The position numbers were made by a program, and so were the translations under genes. From Podarcis muralis (Eukaryota): a DNA stretch of 64,000 bases. The notes under the pieces were generated by a model. It ran no database searches and was not told where the DNA came from. It was given only the letters and a program-made list of their open reading frames with translations. Positions 25,002 to 34,599 of this stretch are shown in pieces. The stretch covers positions 46,190,001 to 46,254,000 of the forward strand of contig NC_135655.1 in the NCBI RefSeq assembly GCF_964188315.1, given 5' to 3'. The first letter of the stretch is position 1, and every line of letters starts with the position of its first letter.

Positions 25002-25227
25002 CAGTGGTACCTCGGGTTAAGTACTTAATTCGTTCCAGAGGTCCGTACTTAACCTGAAACTGTTCTTAACCTGAAGCACCACTTTAGCTAATGGGGCCTC
25101 CTGGTGCCGCCACGCCGCCGGAGCATGATTTCTGTTCTCATCCTGAAGCAAAGTTCTTAACCTGAAGCACTATTTCTGGGTTAGCGGAGTCTGTAACCTG
25201 AAGTGTATGTAACCCGAGGTACCACTG
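25002..25227 (-). mobile_element. Tigger-type MITE, same family as 20738-20979, opposite orientation
   Basis: CAGTGGTACCTCGGGTTAA ... TAACCCGAGGTACCACTG with TA TSD; interior is the reverse complement of the 20738 copy. Confidence 0.9.
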
Positions 25228-25950
25228 TATGCTTTTCAAGGCTCAAATTAAATCTACCGGATTTGATTTTTACTTAGATCCCTTGGAAAAACAAATATTG
25301 TGTATATGTGTGCTTTTTCTCTATCTTTCTCTGGCTGATCCAGGTTAGGGGGTGTGGATAGAAGTGGTTGTGCATGATTTAGTACCCAAGGCACTAAAGC
25401 AAAAAACCCCCAAATGTGTCCATGGGTCTAAAACATTCTGTTTTCAGCTTCTCAAATTCAAATGAGTCAGCTTAAAAGTTTGAGCCTAGGCGAAACTTTA
25501 CACATGCACCTCAACCTAAAGTTTACCTAATCTTAGGCTATGGAACAAAAGCATCTGAACTGGAACCTAGACTGTGGCTTCATCTTTTCCATTTATGTCA
25601 GCATGAGGGCACAGCCACAAAAAAATGGTAAAGGTGCATAAAACAGAATCCTGCTGGCTAAAACCATGTGGTAGTTTCTCCTTTTGAAAGATATTTATTT
25701 TTAAAGTACCGTATTTTTCGCACCATAGGGCGCACCGGACCATAGGGCGCACCCAGTTTTTAGGGGGGGAAATCAAGAAAAAAATCTTTCCCCCCCCCCC
25801 AGACCCAAAGAGCAGCGTACAGGGTGCGCACAACCTCTCCCTGCTGGAGGGGTTGCGAGCAGCTATGGAGCAAGCCAAGTTTTGGCTTCCCCTTTAGCCC
25901 CATGCAGCCTCTCCTTGCCGGGAGACGCTGCACAGGGCTAAAGAAGCCAT

Positions 25951-27400
25951 AGCCCCATGCAGCCTCTCCTTGCGGAGGGGTTGCGCGCGGCTATGGAAGA
26001 AGGCAAGGCAGCGAGCGGGATGGATCCCGCTCGCTGTTTTGCCTTCCCCTTTAGCCCCGCGCAGCCTCTCCTTGCGGAGGGGTTGCGCGCGGCTATGGAA
26101 GAAGGCAAGGCAGCGAGCGGGATGGATCCCGCTCGCTGTTTTGCCTTCCCCTTTAGCCCCGCGCAGCCTCTCCTTGCGGAGGGGTTGCGCGCGGCTATGG
26201 AAGAAGGCAAGGCAGCGAGCGGGATGGATCCCGCTCGCTGCCTTGCCTTCCCCTTTAGCCCCGCGCAGCCTCTCCTTGCGGAGGGGTTACGCGCGGCTAT
26301 GGAAGAAGGCAAGGCAGCGAGCGGGATGGATCCCGCTCGCTGCCTTGCCTTCCCCTTTAGCCCCGCGCAGCCTCTCCTTGCGGAGGGGTTGCGCGCGGCT
26401 ATGGAAGAAGGCAAGGCAGCGAGCGGGATGGATCCCGCTCGCTGCCTTGCCTTCCCCTTTAGCCCCGCGCAGCCTCTCCTTGCGGAGGGGTTGCGCGCGG
26501 CTATGGAAGAAGGCAAGGCAGCGAGCGGGATGGATCCCGCTCGCTGCCTTGCCTTCCCCTTTAGCCCCGCGCAGCCTCTCCTTGCGGAGGGGTTACGCGC
26601 GGCTATGGAAGAAGGCAAGGCAGCGAGCGGGATGGATCCCGCTCGCTGCCTTGCCTTCCCCTTTAGCCCCGCGCAGCCTCTCCTTGCGGAGGGGTTACGC
26701 GCGGCTATGGAAGAAGGCAAGGCAGCGAGCGGGATGGATCCCGCTCGCTGCCTTGCCTTCCCCTTTAGCCCCGCGCAGCCTCTCCTTGCGGAGGGGTTGC
26801 GCGCGGCTATGGAAGAAGGCAAGGCAGCGAGCGGGATGGATCCCGCTCGCTGTTTTGCCTTCTCCTTAAGCCCCGCGCAGCCTCTCCTTGCGGAGGGGTT
26901 GCGCGCGGCTATGGAAGAAGGCAAGGCAGCGAGCGGGATCCATCCCGCTCGCTGCCTTGCCTTCCCCTTTAGCCCCGCGCAGCCTCTCCTTGCGGAGGGG
27001 TTGCGCGCGGCTATGGAAGAAGGCAAGGCAGCGAGCGGGATGGATCCCGCTCGCTGCCTTGCCTTCCCCTTTAGCCCCGCGCAGCCTCTCCTTGCGGAGG
27101 GGTTGCGCGCGGCTATGGAAGAAGGCAAGGCAGCGAGCGGGATCCATCCTGCTCGCTGTTTTGCCTTCCCCTTTAGCCCCGCGCAGCCTCTCCTTGCGGA
27201 GGGGTTGCGCGCGGCTATGGAAGAAGGCAAGGCAGCGAGCGGGATGGATCCCGCTCGCTGTTTTGCCTTCTCCTTTAGCCCCGCGCAGCCTCTCCTTGCG
27301 GAGGGGTTGCGCGCGGCTATGGAAGAAGGCAAGGCAGCGAGCGGGATGGATCCCGCTCGCTGTTTTGCCTTCCCCTTTAGCCCCGCGCAGCCTCTCCTTG
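25951..27400. repeat. Minisatellite, 14 copies of a 102-bp GC/CpG-rich unit, each containing a 23-bp-arm palindrome
   Basis: Unit ...GAAGGCAAGGCAGCGAGCGGGAT-GG-ATCCCGCTCGCTGCCTTGCCTTC...; 34-aa periodicity repeated 14 times in the ORF track (25957-27495). Confidence 0.97.
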
Positions 27401-27420
27401 CCGGGAGATGCTGCGCAGGG

Positions 27421-27720
27421 CTTTCCTGGCTTTTCTGGGAGGTGGGGGAATTCCCCCACCTCCCGCAAAACCGGCAGAAGCCGCGCGCACTTTAAAAGGG
27501 CTGCACGGCTTCTTCTGGCTTTCCTGGGAGGTGGGGGGATTCCCTCACCTCTCGCAAAAGCCCGCAGAAGCCGTGAGCTCTTTAAAGGGGCTGCGCGGCT
27601 TCTCCTGGCTTTTCTGGGAGGTGGGGGAATTCCCCCACCTCCCGCAAAACCGGCAGAAGCCGCGTGCACTTTAAAAGGGCTGCACGGCTTCTCCTGGCTT
27701 TCCTGGGAGGTGGGAGAAGG
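27421..27720. repeat. Second minisatellite, ~3.3 copies of a ~90-bp unit containing a 28-bp perfect palindrome
   Basis: GGGAGGTGGGGGAATTCCCCCACCTCCC at 27437-27464 and 27616-27643; degenerate copy near 27526-27553. Confidence 0.9.
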
Positions 27721-30700
27721 GACTGATGCGGCCAGTCAGTCCCTTCTCCCTCCTGTGGAAAAGCCCGCAAGAGCGCACGGAGCTTGTGTGCGGCTCTTGG
27801 GGGCTTTTCCCGCCTGCCTCCCCCCCTGCATTCGCTCCATAGGACGCACACACATTTTCCCTTGCTTTTTAGGAGGGAAAAAGTGCGTCCTATGGTGCGA
27901 AAAATACGGTAATCCAATTACTATACATCACTTGAGTTTAGTCATTTTGTGATATTGCAGCAGAACCTCCCTCCTGTCCATATAATTTAGTTCATTATGG
28001 AATGTTATTATACTTGTTGGCTTTGCACATCGCATTTTCATTCTAACGTACAACTTAATCCCACCAAATCAATTTGCTGAAAAGGGGGATTTGAAAAACT
28101 TCGAGGCAACAAATTAAACATTTTAAATTTGTTTTTCTCATGCTGATTTGAACCAGGAATAATACTTTTTTTAAAAAAAAATTACAAAACATATCATACA
28201 AGAACAAAAGAAGTGCCAAACTAACACCACCCAATGGTCACTGGTATGAGGCTTAGACACACACAAAAAGAAATGCACAAAGAAGAAGAAAAGTTAGCCT
28301 TGCTTTCAGCTATGTTTGTTTTGCTGTAAACACAGTACAGCAGTGAGAAACGAAGCATATGGCAAAACAGTATCCCATTGCCAGCCTAATTTCACATAAG
28401 ATAAAGCAAAAACCAGTAAGCAACCAAACTGACCTCCAAAAAATTAAAATTCATTATACAGAAATTATTATTGTGTCAATCTCTATTTATTCAGGATAAA
28501 ATGAAGAAGCAGTCTGCAAAGATCTCTGAGGTGATTTTTTACCTTTACTGAGGACCAAAATTACTATCTAAAGGCACCCAATTATATAGACTGCATGAAG
28601 TCATGATCAGGTATCATTAATTATGAAAAGGCCTCAAGATCTTTCACTAATACACATGATGATAGAGGAAAGAACAAGGGATCATCTCTAAATCTTACAT
28701 CTTCAAAAGAGGAATACACTCTACCACAGTTGGCCCTCATTTAGCAAAACTTTTTTTAAAAAAAACACCTTTGATTTCCAATTGCAGCATTCTGAGATTA
28801 TACACCTGTCTTTTTTTTGAACCAGATAAACTCGCAAAGAGATTTCCTTTTGATTGCAACAACAAATACGCTTCACTACCCCACCCCCAACCTGTCAACC
28901 CTCTGGTTAAAAACTTGTCGTGCAACTGAATGTCAAAATGCAGTAAGCCTGCATGCAGCAATGCCTTCATGTTTCATGGCGTATTAAAAATACGCTGTTG
29001 AGCATCAAATAAGCATTTGCTGTGCAAGTGTTCCCTTTGCACCTCGCTTTGAAGGTTCAAAGAAAGCTATTACGGCCTACTTCTCTAAAACATTACACAC
29101 CGCAGTAAACACTGAAAGTTAAAAGGATAGATAAAAGAGATTCAGATGGCAGCTTTTCTTTAAAAAAAAAATGTAGTACTGAACATAGATGTAGAAATAA
29201 GAGATTTGTTACCATAGAAATATCAGATAAACTCTGATAACTGTTTGGCAATTATTATATATATATTCTTTGGCAATTATTATTGTTCCAGAAGAGTGCT
29301 ACTACATTGTTTCACAGCAGTGCAATTGTCATGCAGCTCACTGCCAACTGCAGCATTCTGCTGTGTGTGAATGGTGTTACTTTAATCATCCTCAGCATCT
29401 CACAATACTAACATTTGGGCTTAAAAAACCCCGATAATTAAAATGAGAACAACGTTCCTATGTTGTCAATGGTATATTGGAGAAAAAGGACTAGTACAAG
29501 TGGTATGTGGGCATGTAATGGCTGATGCAGACAAAGATTCATACCCAGCAATGTTTCCCTTCTGCTACCAGCAATAAACTGTTCCCCTGCTAGAAACAAA
29601 GGGATCAGCTCCCCATGCAATCGTACCCACTGGGGAAGAAAAAGTGCTTCTTGCTTTTATAGGAACTTGTCCCAGTATACTTGTTACTAGTAAACGTACT
29701 TCTGCGTCTACTCCCGAACATGGCTTCAGAGAACTTCTCTTTCATTTTCTCTTTGCAGTTAGAAAAGCCCATCCATAATATTTTCTCCTTTGGGACCTAC
29801 CAATTCTACACAATTAAATGTGCATCACTGTATCTACCCTTAGGATTTCAATGCAGGTTTGAGCAGGTAATAGGAATGAGCGCATTTTACATAAGTTGTG
29901 TCAAACAGGGTTGTACTGAAAGATTACTGGGTTGTTGCTATTTTTAGTTCAATGCCTGCTTTCCAGAAACAAGACAAATGTCAGTAAATTCCTCCAGATT
30001 TCAGCACCTCTGATTGGCACCAAGCTTTTGCATTTCTGTGCTTCAGGGTGCACTACTGATTCAGTCATAACATACAGTATAAAGTTGAAAAGCAAGCAAG
30101 GAAGCACCTATTTTCTGCAAGCTAGAATTTCCAGCCACACTTACAATGAACTAGGTCCAGCTAATTTCATCAGGGCTACCTTCCAAGTAGGTGTGATCAC
30201 ACCACAGCCCAAGACAATTAGTTCTCTGTTTTGCTCAAAGAATGCATAAATGAACAGCCGAACAGCGGTTGGAATAAATTCTAACAAGCTCATGTCCATG
30301 ATATTATTCTGCAGATTAATAGCCAGCTGGGCTGTACTGAAAGCCCAGATGGTTATTAATCTACAGGAAATGTCCAGCAGCCAGCTTAGTGCTATTTTAA
30401 GATGTACAGAAAATGTTTAGATACCATATGCTTCGTTTCCAGCTGCATCCAACGTTCCTGAAGTTGATGAGTATATATTAAATACGATGAGCGTATTTAG
30501 AGACTCGTCAGGTTCTCCCTTTGGCTTACCGGTTACTTTAAGAACATCTGAAAAGGCAAGTGATGTCTAGGAGGGAAGGGCTAGATTTGCAATAGTAAAA
30601 ACTTGTGGCCCAGATTTAAATAACCAAGCGTGCCAGCAGAAGGGCTTCTACTAGCACAGTGGGGCCTTCCTCTCCTCTTCTCCTGCCGATGTCTCCCAAA

Positions 30701-31454
30701 TCTGCTCTGGGGGGTCGAGAGAACCACTGAACAGCACACAGTGGGAGGAGGGGAGGTATTCTTCCATCTGGCAAGCTGCAATGTCTGCACTGATGGAACA
30801 CGATACTGAATGTTTCACTCTGTTCTTCCCTCAATTAACTTACTTGCACAGCTCTTTTGACTTAAAAGATCCTTGGAAAAAGGAAACGAGAAATTTCTCT
30901 GGTTTTTGAAATTCCATTCCTGTTTTTAGAACAACAATTTCAGAAGAAAGTATTTCAACTTTTCAAAAAGTTATGTTATAGTTTCTCAGCTCAGTGTTTA
31001 TGGGAAACATTTTCTCATAAAAGAAACTGTTGGTTACAGTACTGTTGGTTTTATAACATTTTGTTGTTTTCTGTTGTGAGACACCTTGAAATAAGTATTT
31101 TAAATACGTATTGTCTCAACTGCTTCATTGTAACATGATTCTTAGGTAATAAGTAAAATCTGACAGGTCCTCTATTTCACGATTTAGCAGCTGTACACAT
31201 CCTTCTCTCAATAACAAAAGCTATATTCAAGCCAAAAGACCCACAAGATTAACAGCTGTAGAACTTGCCTCCTTTTAATATTAAAAAATCCCTTCAGTCT
31301 TTTAATAATTTAGCAATGCCTAGGGAATTGTAAATTTGAGTAAAATACAAGCTCATTTTGAAGAAAAAGTTTTTAGAAAGCATATGACAATATACTTAAT
31401 ATCCTTTCACTCGCAAACATATTTCCAGCTGTGTAAAAATGCTACCTTTACTGG

Positions 31455-31650
31455 AGGCAGAGGGCCTTCTCAGTAGCAGCTGTGGAACGCCCTCCCTTCA
31501 GATGTCAAGGAGATGTCAAGAATTACACAACTTTTAAAAGACACCTGAAGGCAGCCCTGTATCGGGAGGTTTTTAATGCTTGATGTTTTTATTAGGTTTT
31601 CAGATATGTTGTAAGCTGCCTAGAGTGGCTGGGGAATCATCATCATCACT
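31455..31650 (+). mobile_element. L2-clade LINE 3' end
   Basis: gagggccttctcagtagcagc...tttaaaagacacctgaaggcagccctg...tgtaagctgcctagagtggctggggaa plus a short (ATC)n tail. Confidence 0.7.
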
Positions 31651-32018
31651 TGTTGGTTATTTTGCAGTACTAGACAAGACCATGAAATAAACACATTCAG
31701 TTCCTTTTTATATTCATTTTTTTGAATCATTTTAGTATTCTTACATTTTTTAGTTGCAGTCATTCATGTTATTCAAGGGCTGCTCAAATAGATCTAAATA
31801 ATTCAGGTTTGGGGGCAATATACAGGCAACTCCCCATTTCCACAGGGGTTGAGTTCTACTTCAAAGCGCTCATTGGCAGAGCATGCATAAGCATACACCA
31901 CCTCGTTACACTCACACACCCATTCTGCCCCCATTCCTCCCTCTTTTGGGTCTGAAAGTACTTGCATGTCTGCAGTCACACACCCAAAATGGTCGCCACC
32001 AGGGTATATCCACTAATG

Positions 32019-32297
32019 CAGGGGTCTGCAACCTTTAAGACAAAAAGAGCCACTTGGACCCGTTTCAGAAGAAAAAAAAACTGGGAGCCGCAAAACCGGG
32101 AAGGTGACATCGGGACAGTGCGTGACTAACGCACACACCACCCCCATGTGACGTCACAGCCAGTACCGCGCCAGCCACAGTGGGGAGTGTCGGGGCGCAC
32201 AATGCGCCTCCTCCCATCGCTAGTATCCGCTCCGGAGCCGCGGCAAAGGTGTAAAAGAGCCACATGCGGCTCCAGAGCTGCGGGTTGCAGACCCCTG
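32019..32297. mobile_element. hAT MITE, 279 bp
   Basis: Perfect 15-bp TIR CAGGGGTCTGCAACC; perfect 8-bp TSD CACTAATG at 32011-32018 and 32298-32305. Confidence 0.93.
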
Positions 32298-33233
32298 CAC
32301 TAATGCAACAAAAAGCTAAACTTTAAAATAATTTAAAAGGCACATACAGTGGTATACATCTGTTCAACTGCATCCTGCTTTTTCTTCCCAAGTTTGCTGT
32401 CAGGATTGAAAGGAAGCTCACCGCTAGCCTTAGAGGCAACCAGAATCTCCCTCTTCCTTTTCTTGACTGCTGCATCAGCATCAAAGCTCATCTTTTAGCA
32501 GCCATGGCCTGGAAGCCATTTTGTTTCACTCCTAATGCCCCTGATGAAGAGGGTGGGGGAAATGGGGGCCACCACAAAGAATAGGGTTTGAAATTAGCTT
32601 AAGGTCCTGGGTTAAACAGAGATGCTCATTCACTGTTAACCCCTCTTAAGTCTTGGAAAATAGGCACCCCAGAAGAAGTAGGGGTGGGGTAGAGAAATAG
32701 TGCAAAAGCTAGTTGCCCACTGACCTTAAAAGTTAAATTATTAAGGGCAGCTTTAGAAGGAGATGCAAAACTACAGACTTCAGGGAACAAAGAAATGCAG
32801 CTGAAATGAAATGACAAGCTTTTATTTCTTATACCAGTCCCAGCCAGCATGGCTAATAGTCAGGAATGATGGGACCATATCTAGAGGCAAAAGGTCATCC
32901 ACTTCTGCTTTATTCCCCGCCTCTAAAAACACTAAACACTATATTCAGTCTTCCAGCCTTTATTTCAGATACTTTATGCAGTTAACCTGTGCAAACTGGG
33001 TTGTATCAAACAGGAGTCCTTATCCTTTGTTATGCAAACAGGAGTCCTTCCATTCACAGAAGTGTGTTGTGTCTTTACCCTAAAAGAGGTCTTTCCTAAT
33101 AGAAGGAGGTGTGATTCTCTCCACACCTTCTGTGCCCCCTTCCACACACTCCTGGAGGGACCTCCCCAAACCTGTGGAGCAGATTTTCAGGGGACAAAAG
33201 TGGCTGCAGGGGGGAAGGTGAATTGGAAAAATA

Positions 33234-33664
33234 ACCAAAATGGTCAAAGGCCTAGAAACGATGCCTTATGAGGAACGGCTAAGGGAGCTGGGCATGTTTA
33301 GCCTGGAGAAGAGGAGGTTAATGGGTGATATGATAGCCATGTTCAAATATATAAAAGGATGTCATATAGAGGAGGGAGAAAGGTTGTTTTCTGCTGCTCC
33401 AGAGAAGCGGACACGGAGCAATGGATCCAAACTACAAGAAAGAAGATTCCACCTAAACATTAGGAAGAACTTCCTGACAGTAAGAGCTGTTCAACAGTGG
33501 AATTTGCTGCCAAGGAGTGTGGTGGAGTCTCCATCTTTGGAGGTCTTTAAGCAGAGGCTTGACAACCATATGTCAGGAGTGCTCTGATGGTGTTTCCTGC
33601 TTGGCAGGGGGTTGGACTCGATGGCCCTTGTGGTCTATTCCAACTCTATGATTCTATGATTCTA
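33234..33664 (+). mobile_element. Young CR1 LINE 3' end (ORF2 C-terminus, 3'UTR, (ATTCTATG)n tail)
   Basis: MVKGLETMPYEERLRELGMFSLEKRRL...FHLNIRKNFLTVRAVQQWNLLPRSVVESPSLEVFKQRLD is a CR1 ORF2 end; ctctatgattctatgattcta tail. Confidence 0.95.
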
Positions 33665-33854
33665 ACCCCCTTCCCATTACTAGAGGTGTGAGCAGGATCT
33701 GAAGTCCTTCGTTTCATGGAACAGAAAAACTGCATTCCATCCATTGGTGTTAACCTAATACATCCATGTGACAACTTTAAAACATATTAAAAATTGCTAT
33801 TAAAGCCATTCAAACTATCACAAGCACTTAATTAAAATCTAACAGTGTGCACAG

Positions 33855-34098
33855 GTAAAAGGTAAAGGTAAAGGTACCCCTGCCCATACGGGCCAGTCTT
33901 GCCAGACTCTGGGGTTGTGCGCCCATCTCACTCAAGAGGCCGGGGGCCAGCGCTGTCCGGAGACACTTCTGGGTCACGTGGCCAGCGTGACATCGCTGCT
34001 CTGGCGAGCCAGAGCCGCACACAGAAACGCTGTTTACCTTCCCGCTAGTAAGCGGTCCCTATTTATCTACTTGCACCCTGGGGTGCTTTCGAACTGCT
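33855..34098 (-). mobile_element. 5'-truncated Sauria SINE (subfamily distinct from the 7619 copy)
   Basis: (ACCTTT)n tail, core atttatctacttgcac...gctttcgaactgctag; 11-bp TSD AGTGTGCACAG at 33844-33854 and 34099-34109. Confidence 0.9.
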
Positions 34099-34599
34099 AG
34101 TGTGCACAGAGAACATGCTTAAACATCTCTCAGTAAAATTCCTAAAAATGGGTATCTGATACTTATACCAACATAGACTACCATGATCTTATTAATCTGG
34201 GAAATATGGTATGCCACAGGAATGCAATCATTCACACAAGAAGAAAATTAATTTATGAGACTATGAAAAGAATGCAAGCTTTTCAATCATTTCACTGTAC
34301 AGCTTCCAAAAATGCAAGCAGCCAAAGGGGTGGGGGGACCCTGAAGTGTCTTTTTTTCACAGAGCTCAGTCAGCATATGAAGCATATACAAAGGAAAGCC
34401 TTTGCATTGTGCATTTCTGTAAGCATTCAGCACATTTTTGCTTTAATTTTATAGAAGAGCCATCACATACATAAAACCCAGTCCTGGCTTACCATCTTCC
34501 TCAGTACACAGAGAATGGTTTATAGAAAGGCTGAGATTTCTGAAATCAGGCAATGCCTGAAAGAAGGAATTGGGGGTGCAGGGTAGTGATCGAGGTGCC

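Larger units (their letters stand above)
25709..27909. mobile_element. Non-autonomous Tc2/Kanga-like (Tc1/mariner) DNA transposon, 2201 bp, carrying two palindromic tandem arrays
   Basis: 27-bp TIR CCGTATTTTTCGCACCATAGG(G/A)CGCAC at both ends (1 mismatch); TA TSD at 25707-25708 and 27910-27911; no transposase ORF. Confidence 0.9.

Noticed and set aside
25951-27400. Array as a CRISPR-like repeat-spacer locus
   Set aside because: Units are contiguous and near-identical with no unique spacers; eukaryotic context; no cas genes.
25957-27495. 512-aa and 464-aa ORFs as genuine protein-coding genes
   Set aside because: Entirely explained by a 102-bp tandem repeat inside a MITE; several frames are open at once; no splice or promoter support.
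33240-33587. 115-aa ORF as a host gene
   Set aside because: It is the C-terminus of CR1 ORF2 in a 5'-truncated copy.
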